64,000 nt of DNA. Origin: a virus (taxonomy: Duplodnaviria > Caudoviricetes). This document shows positions 1 through 9,144 of this stretch, piece after piece. A program made the translations under genes and the position numbers. The first letter of the stretch is position 1, and each line of letters begins with the position of its first letter. The notes below the pieces were generated by a model. The model had not been told where the DNA came from and searched no databases. It saw only the letters and a list, made by a program, of their open reading frames with translations. Where the stretch lies: IMG/VR virus record IMGVR_UViG_2636415851_000001, positions 1 through 64,000 of that record; one strand, given 5' to 3'.

Positions 1-1368
1 ATGGGACGTCACCGGAAGTCGAAGCACGATCTCGATCGGTATCTGCTGTGCGTCGGCGGCAATTACTACTATCGCCGGCGGGTGCCGACGGAGCTTGCCG
101 ACATCGACGAGCGCGGCCACACCGTCAAGATCTCGCTCAAGACGACGGACCTCGCCCGGGCCCGGACGATTCGCGACCTGTACGAAAAGGCGGACGATGA
201 CCGTTGGGCATCTATGCTCTGCGGCGAGGATCAGGAGGCGGCAAAGAACCGGTACCTGACCGCCATCAAGCGAGCGAAGGCGATGGGCTTCTCCTATCAG
301 CCGTCCGCGGATCTCGCGAATGCTCCCCTCGTGGCGCTGCTCGAAAGGGTGGAGGCCATCCTCTCCCCGTCGACGCCGAAGCCTGTCGTCGAGGCCGTCA
401 TGGGTACGGTGTCAGCTCCGGCCGCTACGGTGTCGGATGCCTTCAAGGTCTACGAGGAAGAGATCACGCCGCACCAGATCTCCGGCAAGAGCGCAGGCCA
501 GAGGGCGAAGTGGCTGTCGGTGAAGAAGGGGTCGAAGGATCACTTCATCTCCGTCATGGGTGACATGGCGATGGACGAGATCACCCGCGACGATGCCCGC
601 CGCTACTACAACCATTGGCTCGAGCGGATCGCGCCGAAGGAAGGCAGGCCCACGCACACGCCCGACATCGGCAACCGCCGCCTGGGGGATATGCGCGTGC
701 TGTACCGGGAGTATTATTCCCACATGAAGCAGGAGGACCGCGTCAACCCGTTCGAGGGGCTGCGGTTCAAGGACAAGGCGAAGCGCCGGCGCAAGCGGCA
801 TCCCTTCACGACCGAATGGATCACGGACAAGATCCTGAAGCCCGGCGCTCTGGCCGGCCTGAATGACGAGGCGCGAGCGATTCTGCTCATCATGATGAAT
901 GTCGGCGCCCGACCCAGCGAGATCTGCAACCTGACCGCAGACCGCATCCAACTCCAGAGCAACATCCCCTACATCAAGATTGAACCTGACGACGACCCCG
1001 AGGATCCGCGCGAGGTGAAAACCGAAACGTCGATCCGTGTGGTGCCGGTGACCGGCATCGCGCTCGAGGCGCTGAGGAGATTTCCGAAGGGCTTCCCGCG
1101 GTACCGGGACAAGGAGGGCAACTTCTCCGCTGCCATCAACAAGTACATGGTGGAGAACCACCTGAGGCAATCGGTCAAGACGACCGTCTATTCCTTCCGC
1201 CATTCGTTCGAGGACCGCATGAAGAACGTGAAGGTCGACGACGAGGTGAGGAGGATCCTCATGGGCCATGCGATCGACAGGCCCGAATACGGCGAGGGCG
1301 GTTCGCTCGCGCTCAAGCTCGAGGCGATGGCAGCGGTCGCCCTGCCTTGCGACCCTTCGATCCTCTGA
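1..1368 (+). CDS. int: Tyrosine integrase with N-terminal arm-binding (DUF6538-like) domain
   Basis: N-terminal YYYRRRVP...ISLKT motif; catalytic-type motifs GARPSE, VKT, YSFRH, LMGH, EYG. Confidence 0.93.
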   Translation: MGRHRKSKHDLDRYLLCVGGNYYYRRRVPTELADIDERGHTVKISLKTTDLARARTIRDLYEKADDDRWASMLCGEDQEAAKNRYLTAIKRAKAMGFSYQPSADLANAPLVALLERVEAILSPSTPKPVVEAVMGTVSAPAATVSDAFKVYEEEITPHQISGKSAGQRAKWLSVKKGSKDHFISVMGDMAMDEITRDDARRYYNHWLERIAPKEGRPTHTPDIGNRRLGDMRVLYREYYSHMKQEDRVNPFEGLRFKDKAKRRRKRHPFTTEWITDKILKPGALAGLNDEARAILLIMMNVGARPSEICNLTADRIQLQSNIPYIKIEPDDDPEDPREVKTETSIRVVPVTGIALEALRRFPKGFPRYRDKEGNFSAAINKYMVENHLRQSVKTTVYSFRHSFEDRMKNVKVDDEVRRILMGHAIDRPEYGEGGSLALKLEAMAAVALPCDPSIL

Positions 1369-1540
1369 CGCGCTGCATGACTGAGGCCATGGTGTTCTCG
1401 GCCGCGCGCATGGCCTTCAGCTCGGCCTCGAGTCTTTCGTAGATCGGCAGGCACTTCTGCCCGTCCTTCAGGTCCACGATGATCTCGGCAACCCTGTCCA
1501 GGGCTCGCTCTATCCGTTCGGGGGTGATCTGCTGGTTCAT
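1313..1540 (-). CDS. Small hypothetical protein (MNQQITPERIERALD...), last gene of the PL operon, overlapping the integrase 3' end
   Basis: ATG at 1540 inside the longer ORF; helical 75 aa product. Confidence 0.55.
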   Translation of the reverse strand: MNQQITPERIERALDRVAEIIVDLKDGQKCLPIYERLEAELKAMRAAENTMASVMQRVRGSKGRKAGRPLPSPRA

Positions 1541-1572
1541 CTCTCTGGTTCCATACTTGGAGGGGGTAGGCG

Positions 1573-1854
1573 TTAGGCGTTGCCGAGGGTCGGGCACTTC
1601 AAGACTTCGAGGACGGAAAACTCCTCGACCAGGCTCTTCGCCGTGTCGATGTCGCCGACGCAGCCAAGGCGCCGCAGCTGCGTCAGTGCGTAGTATGGTC
1701 CCTCTGGCTGGTACCAGCACACGCAGCCCATGGCAGCCTTGCCGACCACGTAGCGCGAGCGGTACCCAGGGAATATGTCGGAGTCCTCACCACCGTAGAG
1801 GTGGACAGGCTCCGGCTCCGTCCACGTTGGCTCGCCCCATGCGGTTTGCGTCAT
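1573..1854 (-). CDS. Hypothetical phage protein
   Basis: 93 aa ORF; ATGA coupling to the upstream ORF. Confidence 0.6.
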   Translation of the reverse strand: MTQTAWGEPTWTEPEPVHLYGGEDSDIFPGYRSRYVVGKAAMGCVCWYQPEGPYYALTQLRRLGCVGDIDTAKSLVEEFSVLEVLKCPTLGNA

Positions 1855-2030
1855 GTCGGTTGTGCCTCCGGGTTTTTCTTTAGAGCGTTACCGCTGGTGA
1901 CCATGGTGTATCCGTCAGCGAACCTCACCAGCCGGGTGTTCATGACGTTGGTGCGGATCAGCACTTCGCAGGGCTGGCCCTTCCTCCCCTGCCTGTTCCA
2001 GCGGAAGATGTAGGGGAGGGGCTGAGTCAT
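1851..2030 (-). CDS. Small hypothetical protein (MTQPLPYIFRWNRQGRKGQPCEVL...), 59 aa, absent from the ORF track
   Basis: Translated by hand; ATGA overlaps on both sides. Confidence 0.6.
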   Translation of the reverse strand: MTQPLPYIFRWNRQGRKGQPCEVLIRTNVMNTRLVRFADGYTMVTSGNALKKNPEAQPT

Positions 2031-2284
2031 GGGGCCGCCCCCAGGTCGACAGCCTCCTGGATCGCAAGGCGGAACGCCTCGCGGATCTCGGTGTGATGGC
2101 CTCGAGCCTGAACCATCGTCCCGGACTTTCGCTCGAACCGGATCTGGACGTACTGGCCTTGGGAGAGACTGTGATCGACGGTCACCCTGCCGAGTGCCGC
2201 CGCCCTATCCCAAAGCTCGTCGAGCGTGATGGGGTTGCCGTAGGTGGTCGGCCCCGTCTTGCGGAAGTCGAGTAGGCTTTTCAT
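2027..2284 (-). CDS. Hypothetical phage protein
   Basis: MKSLLDF start with GGGAG RBS; coupled to neighbours. Confidence 0.6.
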   Translation of the reverse strand: MKSLLDFRKTGPTTYGNPITLDELWDRAAALGRVTVDHSLSQGQYVQIRFERKSGTMVQARGHHTEIREAFRLAIQEAVDLGAAP

Positions 2285-2739
2285 TGTGCGCTCCCTGTTA
2301 GCGGTGCAGCCACGCTGATGACGGGGATGTACCAGTTGATCTTGATGCTGGGCCCCTTGCCATCGTCGTCCGGGTCGTACTCTCCGATCAGCCAGAAGGG
2401 GTTTTCGCAATCAGGATCGTAGGCCCCGTCATGCCGGCGCCACCGCTTCCCTGGGGTGGTTCCTGTGGGGAGGGTGGCGCTGTACTCGTCAAGCGCTTCG
2501 AACTCAGCGCGCGTTAGGTGGAGACCTGGCAGGCCACCGTATGGGTTGGCCTTCACCTTGCACTCCTCGACGTCGGGGCACGATGCCTTCATGTCAGAAG
2601 CCTCTTGGTTGTCGCCGTAGTCTGAGTCTTTGCAGACGGGGCAGGTGTAGACGGGGAGTGAACAGGTGGCGTCGGGGTGACATCCGCAGTTGCGCCCGCC
2701 AATGAACTCCATGGGGTGGCCGTTGGCGCAGGTGGTCAT
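2281..2739 (-). CDS. Cys-rich hypothetical protein (putative Zn-binding)
   Basis: MTTCANGH start after AAGGAG; CxC and CxxC motifs. Confidence 0.6.
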   Translation of the reverse strand: MTTCANGHPMEFIGGRNCGCHPDATCSLPVYTCPVCKDSDYGDNQEASDMKASCPDVEECKVKANPYGGLPGLHLTRAEFEALDEYSATLPTGTTPGKRWRRHDGAYDPDCENPFWLIGEYDPDDDGKGPSIKINWYIPVISVAAPLTGSAQ

Positions 2740-3101
2740 GACTGCTCCTTTTCTTGCTGGGCCTTCAGTGCTTCGTGATAGGAGGCAGTCCCGAGAGTTG
2801 GAGCGTAATTCAGGGCGGAATAGGCGAACTGTTGAGCGTGTTCGCCCTTGCAGAAGAACCTGTCTCGATAGGTGACCCCGTCCCAAAGGCCGACTTCTGA
2901 TACATACCGGCCTCTCTCATCTTCTCCGTAGCGGAGAGAAACGATCACCTCGTTGAAAAGCCGCTGCGCCTCCTCCTTTGAGGAGGGGCGGTCAGGGCGG
3001 CTGATACCACCCCTCCACTTCGGCTGCCGGGAGTTAAGAGCCACCGTGACAACGCTCTTCCTCAGTGGTTTGCCGCAATACCGGCACAGCGGCTGAATCA
3101 T
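2736..3101 (-). CDS. Hypothetical protein with CxxC...FCxxxH motif
   Basis: MIQPLCRYCGK start after AGGAGG. Confidence 0.6.
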   Translation of the reverse strand: MIQPLCRYCGKPLRKSVVTVALNSRQPKWRGGISRPDRPSSKEEAQRLFNEVIVSLRYGEDERGRYVSEVGLWDGVTYRDRFFCKGEHAQQFAYSALNYAPTLGTASYHEALKAQQEKEQS

Positions 3102-3355
3102 CGGATCGACACCCTCCTGACCTCTGCCTTCAGGCTGCGCCGTGTCGGCCGTGCAAGGATCTTCTCCTGCAGCCGGTGGATGCCGTGGCGAAACTCCACC
3201 TGGTCGTCGCCGTGCTCCATCGGCAATTCGCAGAAGGCGTTCCAAGCACCGACGAGCATGTCGATGACCATGCGCTCCTGGTTGGTGATGCCGGTGGACT
3301 CCGGTTCCATGGGCTTGACCGGCATGATGCCGGCGTGGGTGAATTGCTGGGTCAC
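3098..3355 (-). CDS. Hypothetical phage protein
   Basis: 85 aa ORF coupled to the methylase stop. Confidence 0.6.
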   Translation of the reverse strand: MTQQFTHAGIMPVKPMEPESTGITNQERMVIDMLVGAWNAFCELPMEHGDDQVEFRHGIHRLQEKILARPTRRSLKAEVRRVSIR

Positions 3356-5112
3356 TCTGCTGCCTCCTTGAACTCTGCTGGTTGCGCAGCGCGCGGCGGT
3401 ACCGCGTCTGCCATGATGGCGCCGACGCAGGCCTTCATCTTCGCGACAGAGACGGCATTGCCGATCTGCTTGATGACCTGCGTCTTGGTGCCGGCGAACT
3501 CGTAGGTGGACTCCTCGTCATTGAAGCCCATCGCTGCCGCCAGCTCGTGCGGCTCGAGCATCCGGAAGAGGATGTCGTACTGGAGCTCGCCGTCTGCGGA
3601 CTCGACCAGGGCGAACTCGCCGCCCTTGGCTGTGGTGAGCGTGGGGATTGGATCCGTGTCGACGTCGCGCGCCGACGGCCCGCCGCTGGTGTGGGTGACT
3701 GGCACCACCATCCCGAAGCGCCCCTTCACTGTGACCGTAGGAAGCGGTTCGTTGGCGCTGATGCAGGTCTCGCCGGATCCCGACCCGTAGTAGGGGGAGA
3801 TCAGGGCGTGCGCCCCGCCATTGCCGCCCGTCGTCTGTGTCGGGATGGGGTTGCTTACCCCGCGCGGTGCGCCGCCTGCGGCCTGAGAGAGGATGAACGG
3901 CTCGACCAGCATGGGGCGTGCACAGCCGGGCCGGCCTTCGGATGATGCCCCGCCCGTCGTGATGGTCGGAAGAGGATCCTCCGTGGACCGAGGAGCGCCG
4001 CTATTGTGCTGCGACAGGACGATAGGCTCGGCCGAAAACAGATGCGCCGCGTGGGCGGTCTGTGTAGGCAAGGGCTCGAGCGAGCTGGAGGCCGTGGACT
4101 TCCCCTTCATATTCACGATGACCGGCTCGGCCACGCCAACTTGGCTTCCTCCCGCCGTAAGGGTTGGCAGAGGCTGGGTGACGCCGCGAGGACGTGGACC
4201 GGCCCCTTCCTTGCCGTGGCGCGGAGAGATGACGACAGGCTCGGCGATGCCGATGTGGGTACCCGAAGCGGTGATGGTCGGAAGCGGGACGTCGATGCCC
4301 TGCGCGGCCATGTGATTCCGCAGCACGACGATGAACGGTTCCGGCCACCCGTACTTGACGGCGCCGGCGTGGATCCTGGCCAGCGTCTTGGCGGCGAGCG
4401 GCTTCTTGCGATTGTAGATGGACCGGCCCTTTCGGTTCCAGTCGATGATGTCGGCCGCCGGACGCCACGGCTTTTCATCCGTGAACAGATCCTGCGAAAC
4501 CTCGCTACGCTTCTTGTGGGTGGGCATCGGCCAGCTGACCTTTCGCCCGTCCGAGCGAGCCATGAGGATGAAGCGCTGCCGTGTGGTGGCGTCGCCGTAG
4601 TCGGCCGCGTTCAACTTGCGCCATTCCGGTTCGAACCCCAGGCGCTTGATCGTCTCGATCCATGCGTGGAAGTATTCGCCGCGGCGGGACTTGATCGGCT
4701 TTCCGGTGCGGTGGTCGACCGGTCCCCAATTAATGAACTCCCACACGTTCTCGATGATGATCCGCTTCACCCGGAGCTCGGTCAGCCAGGTGATGATGTG
4801 CCACGGATCCGACCGCTGCTGGTCACTGGTAGGTTTCCCGCCTCGAGCGACGCTGTGGTAGGTGCAGGTTGGTGACGCCATCAGGAGGTCGAGGTATCCC
4901 TCTGGAACGATCAGGTGAGGGCGGACGGTGGCGATGTCCTGCACGTAGTGGCGTGCTTCGGGATGATTCCGCTGGTGCGTGTCGATCGCGACAGGCCAGT
5001 GATTGAGGCAGACGAGCTCCATCTGGAGCCCGAGCTCACGGAAGGCGCGCGCTGCACCTGTAGACGAGCCGCCCGCTCCGCAGAGCAGGTCGGCGACCAG
5101 AAACTTCTTCAT
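3352..5112 (-). CDS. DNA (cytosine-5) methyltransferase with repetitive variable region
   Basis: Motif I DLLCGAGG, IV SPTC, VI ENV, VIII RQRF, X IGNAV; start MKKFLVAD at 5112. Confidence 0.92.
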   Translation of the reverse strand: MKKFLVADLLCGAGGSSTGAARAFRELGLQMELVCLNHWPVAIDTHQRNHPEARHYVQDIATVRPHLIVPEGYLDLLMASPTCTYHSVARGGKPTSDQQRSDPWHIITWLTELRVKRIIIENVWEFINWGPVDHRTGKPIKSRRGEYFHAWIETIKRLGFEPEWRKLNAADYGDATTRQRFILMARSDGRKVSWPMPTHKKRSEVSQDLFTDEKPWRPAADIIDWNRKGRSIYNRKKPLAAKTLARIHAGAVKYGWPEPFIVVLRNHMAAQGIDVPLPTITASGTHIGIAEPVVISPRHGKEGAGPRPRGVTQPLPTLTAGGSQVGVAEPVIVNMKGKSTASSSLEPLPTQTAHAAHLFSAEPIVLSQHNSGAPRSTEDPLPTITTGGASSEGRPGCARPMLVEPFILSQAAGGAPRGVSNPIPTQTTGGNGGAHALISPYYGSGSGETCISANEPLPTVTVKGRFGMVVPVTHTSGGPSARDVDTDPIPTLTTAKGGEFALVESADGELQYDILFRMLEPHELAAAMGFNDEESTYEFAGTKTQVIKQIGNAVSVAKMKACVGAIMADAVPPRAAQPAEFKEAAE

Positions 5113-5510
5113 TGAATGTCGCTCTCCGCGGGAATGTTCGGGTGGTTGACGCCGTCGGTGACCCAGCCAGTCTTGATGACAACCCCCTCCCGGAGCCGAC
5201 GGGCATGGGCAGGGGGCAGGCCTTCGATAACGGCAGTGAGGAGGTCGACCTGGCGCTCCACGGGCACGCCGCTGACGAAGTAGGAGGCCATCCGGATGGC
5301 CAGTTCGCCGAAGTAGAGCTCGTCGACTGGCGCGCACTCGTTGATGATGACCTCGATGCAGGAGCGCAGCGCGTTCTGCGAGGCGATGATGTTCGGCATC
5401 TGCTCGACGGATGGCTGGCCGCGCTGCCGAATAATCCGGTCCGTCTCCTCCTTGGTCTTGCGGAAGATCTTGCGGATGGCGGCGCGGTCCTGATTGGTGA
5501 TCGCTCCCAT
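5109..5510 (-). CDS. Hypothetical phage protein
   Basis: 133 aa ORF with GGAGG RBS; coupled to the methylase. Confidence 0.65.
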   Translation of the reverse strand: MGAITNQDRAAIRKIFRKTKEETDRIIRQRGQPSVEQMPNIIASQNALRSCIEVIINECAPVDELYFGELAIRMASYFVSGVPVERQVDLLTAVIEGLPPAHARRLREGVVIKTGWVTDGVNHPNIPAESDIQ

Positions 5511-5513
5511 GGG

Positions 5514-5822
5514 TCAGCCCTCCATCATCTGAGTGATCGGGATGTCCTTGAGCAGCGCGCAGTTGGAGCAGAGCAGCTTGCGCACGCTCGGCATGCGTTG
5601 GGCCACATTGGTCGAAGGCGCGAAGGCAGCTGCAATCGTAGGATTGCCCATCATCGTCTCGAGTCCGTGCTGCTGACGGATACTGCGGACGTCGGCGATG
5701 CACTGCGTGATCTCCACCTCGTAGAAGTGGATGTCGCCGGTGTGCAGGACGCCCTTTCCGCAGCCACAGCAGGGCTCGAGCTCCTTGCGGCCGAAGGGCT
5801 TGGCTTGGAGATTGTCGCTCAT
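5514..5822 (-). CDS. Hypothetical Zn-finger-like protein
   Basis: CCGCGK...CSNC motifs. Confidence 0.6.
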   Translation of the reverse strand: MSDNLQAKPFGRKELEPCCGCGKGVLHTGDIHFYEVEITQCIADVRSIRQQHGLETMMGNPTIAAAFAPSTNVAQRMPSVRKLLCSNCALLKDIPITQMMEG

Positions 5823-6307
5823 TGGAAGACGCCCTTCAGGATTGGGATGGAGAGGCAGGCGAGGCCAACGGCGATCGCGAAGACCGTCCATGCGATCCTC
5901 TTGCGCTTTCGTGAGCGAGCCGCACGTTGCAAGGCAGCCTGGGCGTCCTTCTCGGCGCGCTTCTCCCTCTCATCCGCCAGGTGGCGTAGGCCGGAGATGG
6001 CATAGTCGACATCATCTGGAGAAAGGTGCTGAACCATCCGGAGATCCCTGGCGCTGATCAGGATTTTCCTGTCGACCGAGTGCATTGCGAGTTCAGTCAG
6101 GTCATGGCAGCGGTCGATCTTGTGCCGGAGCTCGTCGCCGGAGAGGCTGCCGAGAAACGTCGGTGCGCTAGCGCGGTAGCGGGCGAGCTCCTCGTTGTAT
6201 TCTTTCTTCCTCACCTTGAAGTGGTGGAGGAATGGCCCTGTCTTCTCGAGAATCGTGCTGGCCCCAACGACGGTCATTGGGGGCACGTCGGTCGTCTTGT
6301 GCGTCAT
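5819..6307 (-). CDS. Hypothetical protein with C-terminal transmembrane helix
   Basis: MTHKTTD start; hydrophobic C-terminus after a basic patch. Confidence 0.6.
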   Translation of the reverse strand: MTHKTTDVPPMTVVGASTILEKTGPFLHHFKVRKKEYNEELARYRASAPTFLGSLSGDELRHKIDRCHDLTELAMHSVDRKILISARDLRMVQHLSPDDVDYAISGLRHLADEREKRAEKDAQAALQRAARSRKRKRIAWTVFAIAVGLACLSIPILKGVFQ

Positions 6308-6726
6308 GGTGAAACCTCGTCGCAGAGTTGAAGGAAGCGGTAACGCAGGGCAAACCAGTCGAAGCCTGGTGCACTGGAACCGGGCAGGGTGCCGGCGCGT
6401 GCGAATGCCTGGAGGCTGATGCACAGCTCCTCCTCGGCAAGGATCTCTACGGACGGCGCGTACTTGCCGTGAGCACAGCCCCAAACAACTCGAGAGGGGC
6501 CGCGATAGACCACCTCGCCGATCAGGGCGTGGGCGATCTCATGCTCGTGGGCATAGCGGAGGACATCGCCGCCATAGCCGCAGCGCTGCGCAAGAGCGAC
6601 GTACTCTGCCGTCATCTGAGGCTCTGCGCCGTAGCTTGTGCCGTCGGGGAAGTGGGTGGCTATCCAATCCGAACCGATGTCGATCCGGCAGAACAGCATC
6701 TGGATTGAACGGAGAGGCTTGGTCAC
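6304..6726 (-). CDS. Hypothetical protein with HExxH motif (possible metallopeptidase)
   Basis: GTG start after GGAGG; YAHEHEIAH motif. Confidence 0.55.
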   Translation of the reverse strand: MTKPLRSIQMLFCRIDIGSDWIATHFPDGTSYGAEPQMTAEYVALAQRCGYGGDVLRYAHEHEIAHALIGEVVYRGPSRVVWGCAHGKYAPSVEILAEEELCISLQAFARAGTLPGSSAPGFDWFALRYRFLQLCDEVSP

Positions 6727-6884
6727 AGCGCGCCTCCGAAATGTGCTGCGGCCACCATGACCACGAGTCCGACGAGCGCGAGGAAGAGCCCCTGGTTTCG
6801 CGCCCACCGGAGTTGCTGGACATCAAATTGATAAATGCCGATAGACGCTGCGATGAGCCCGACGACGAAGAGGATCCAGATCAT
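6723..6884 (-). CDS. Small two-TM membrane protein
   Basis: MIWILFVVGLIAASIG...; coupled starts and stops. Confidence 0.55.
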   Translation of the reverse strand: MIWILFVVGLIAASIGIYQFDVQQLRWARNQGLFLALVGLVVMVAAAHFGGAL

Positions 6885-7054
6885 TGCTCTGCCCCCTCCT
6901 TCAGCCGCTTCACCTTGGTGATGCCGACCTTCGGGTAGCGAGCCTTGAAGATCTCGCGCGCCTGGTTCGGGTTGCATGCGTCGATGTCCATGTATCCGCC
7001 GTTCGCCGCGCGGACTCGGAACGTGACCGTCTCTGTCTTTTCATTCGCCCCCAT
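6881..7054 (-). CDS. Small hypothetical protein (MGANEKTETVTFRVRAANGG...)
   Basis: Translated by hand, 57 aa; fills the gap with an RBS. Confidence 0.5.
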   Translation of the reverse strand: MGANEKTETVTFRVRAANGGYMDIDACNPNQAREIFKARYPKVGITKVKRLKEGAEQ

Positions 7055-7057
7055 GCT

Positions 7058-7468
7058 TCAGGTTCCTTTCTTCTGCCGCTTTGGGAATGGCCTCTTCGGC
7101 CACTTGCTTTTCGTGCACTCGGGCTTCTCGCCCTGGTCCTTCGCCAGCATCCGGCGACGGGCCTCTTCCTGCTGCTGCGTCAGGCGGCGGACCTTGGCGA
7201 TGTTGCCGATGTCGCTGCCTGCCGTGGTGACCACCTTCTCGCCGCTCTTGCCGTAGGTTTTCTTCTGGTGCTCCGTGATCATCAGAAGCTCGATGTGGTC
7301 CGGATCATTGGCCGGCGGGATCGTGTCCCCTGTCAGGGGGTTGATCGGGCGGAGCGCGAGAGCAGGGTTGTGGTCGAACTGGACCTGCTCGATCGTGAGC
7401 CCCATGCGCTTGAGCGCCGCTATGAGCTTCACTTTGTCGGGGATCTTCTTGCGCACCGCCCGGGTCAT
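7058..7468 (-). CDS. Degenerate HNH-like protein
   Basis: QFDHNPAL...NDPDHIELL...EHQKKT resembles the phage HNH fold. Confidence 0.55.
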   Translation of the reverse strand: MTRAVRKKIPDKVKLIAALKRMGLTIEQVQFDHNPALALRPINPLTGDTIPPANDPDHIELLMITEHQKKTYGKSGEKVVTTAGSDIGNIAKVRRLTQQQEEARRRMLAKDQGEKPECTKSKWPKRPFPKRQKKGT

Positions 7469-7478
7469 CGCCGCCTCC

Positions 7479-7676
7479 TCAGATAGTGCCGCCGGCGCGA
7501 CTGTAGTTGGTGAGGAGCCGTGCGATCGTGTCGGCCGCATCGGGCGACAGGCAGAGGCAGACGACACCGTCATCATCCCCGGCCTTGATCTGCTCCTCGG
7601 TGACCCTGTCCTCGGCGACGTAGTATTGGTTCTCGTCGCCGAGCTCTCTCGTGATGGTCTTGTAGGTGGTGCTCAC
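7479..7676 (-). CDS. Hypothetical protein
   Basis: 65 aa ORF with GGAGG RBS. Confidence 0.55.
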   Translation of the reverse strand: MSTTYKTITRELGDENQYYVAEDRVTEEQIKAGDDDGVVCLCLSPDAADTIARLLTNYSRAGGTI

Positions 7677-7678
7677 GG

Positions 7679-8017
7679 TTATTCCTCCGTTCCGTGTTTT
7701 TCTTCGATGCGCTGAAGATCGATGGCGAAGACGACGTTCGTCTTCCCGGCGGGGGTCTTGATCCAGACGAGATCCTCGCTGGTGGCGAGGACGGTCACCT
7801 CGATCTTGGGGTAGTGCTCAGGAGAATCGGCGGGCCCTTCGTAGACGGCCTTGTCGTCCTTCACCCAAAAGGGCCGCACCATGGACACCTGGCCCTGGTC
7901 GATGGTGACGGTCTGGTATCCGTGGAATGAAAGGGTGACGTTGCCCATGCTGTCGGAGCCGTATTTCAACTCGGCCTGCACTGAGACGATGTCCCCCTTC
8001 TTGAAGTCTTGCCGCAT
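7679..8017 (-). CDS. Hypothetical protein (tandem SH3/KOW-like beta domains)
   Basis: FKKGDIVSV...; AGGAG RBS. Confidence 0.6.
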   Translation of the reverse strand: MRQDFKKGDIVSVQAELKYGSDSMGNVTLSFHGYQTVTIDQGQVSMVRPFWVKDDKAVYEGPADSPEHYPKIEVTVLATSEDLVWIKTPAGKTNVVFAIDLQRIEEKHGTEE

Positions 8018-8029
8018 TTTCAGGTCTCC

Positions 8030-8764
8030 TTATGCGAAGGGTGTGCCGGACAATCCGCTCTGCTTGTTCAGCCAGTGGCGGGCGGTCCTCCTGGTTTCCT
8101 CGTCGAAGTTCTTGCCGGGTGAGAGCACCCATTCGAGGAAGCCGCGATCCATGTCGGCCCACAGCTGACCGCGGTGCTTCTCACCGAACATCACGCGCTT
8201 CTGCAGGACCGGAGTGTTCGTCAGCTGGAGGAGGGACGAGGGGTGATGAGTGCTGATCATCCGGGAGAGGATGTGCGCCGTGACGTAGGAGTCCGGACCG
8301 GCACGATGCGGAGGCATCGCGATGGTCGGCCATTGCATGTCCCGATCTATGTCCAGCCAGTAACGGAGGGCCTGGTTGGAATAGGACGGCGCTTCCTCCC
8401 ACAGGTGCTTTGCGCAGATCATCGTGCAGATCCACGCATGCACGCCGCCGGCGAAGAAGGTCCGCTCGAAGGCGGCATTGTGGGCGCAGAACAGGTCACC
8501 CGGTTCCATGTGCGCCATCAAAAGCCGGTAGGCCTCGTCCGGTGGCAGCCCGTCCTTCACCATGTCGTCGCTGATGTGGTGGACGGCGCGCGCCTGTGGC
8601 GGGATCGGAATGCCGGAATTGACCAGGTACGATTCGGTGGGACTCACCTCTCCGGTGATGCCGTCGACATCGGTAAAGCCGATCTCCACGATACCAACCG
8701 TCTTGCCCTTGGCTTTCTCGTCGGCCTGGTCGGTGGTTTCGAAATCGAGGACGCGGATCTTCAT
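8030..8764 (-). CDS. DEDDh 3'-5' exonuclease (exodeoxyribonuclease X-like)
   Basis: LDFETT, AHNAAFE, HRAGPD motifs; C-terminal FGEKHRG...FLEW. Confidence 0.88.
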   Translation of the reverse strand: MKIRVLDFETTDQADEKAKGKTVGIVEIGFTDVDGITGEVSPTESYLVNSGIPIPPQARAVHHISDDMVKDGLPPDEAYRLLMAHMEPGDLFCAHNAAFERTFFAGGVHAWICTMICAKHLWEEAPSYSNQALRYWLDIDRDMQWPTIAMPPHRAGPDSYVTAHILSRMISTHHPSSLLQLTNTPVLQKRVMFGEKHRGQLWADMDRGFLEWVLSPGKNFDEETRRTARHWLNKQSGLSGTPFA

Positions 8765-9069
8765 GCCGCTACCTTCGGGGCTGCTGCGACCGGCTGAGGG
8801 TTTGTGTAGCAGCACAAGGCGTCTCGCGAGGCGTTGACCTCATCCATCGAGAACCGAAGAAAACCCTTGAGCAGGAGCTCGGCCGGGATGTTGCGCGCTG
8901 CGATCGCTTCGATCGCGGCCTTCACCTCTGGGTCAGGATGATCGACGCTGAGAGAGAGCCTGTGGACCCCGCCCTCCTTGATGAAACGCTGCACGAGCTC
9001 GTGCTTGCGCTCTGCCGACTGGAGCTCCGCCAACAGCGACATGGCTCCTTCTGAAAATGCACTGGTCAT
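8761..9069 (-). CDS. Hypothetical protein
   Basis: 102 aa ORF with RBS. Confidence 0.55.
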   Translation of the reverse strand: MTSAFSEGAMSLLAELQSAERKHELVQRFIKEGGVHRLSLSVDHPDPEVKAAIEAIAARNIPAELLLKGFLRFSMDEVNASRDALCCYTNPQPVAAAPKVAA

Positions 9070-9144
9070 GTTCGTTCCTCGTTTGTACTTGTCGATAATG
9101 AGGGGTGCGGGCGCCCCGGGGATGAGCGCCGCGCAGATTTTTTT

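Noticed and set aside
1-60. attL site
   Set aside because: The window starts at the integrase ATG, so att lies outside it.
3352-5703. 783 aa ORF as one protein
   Set aside because: The first ~200 aa overlap two better genes; the methylase begins at 5112.
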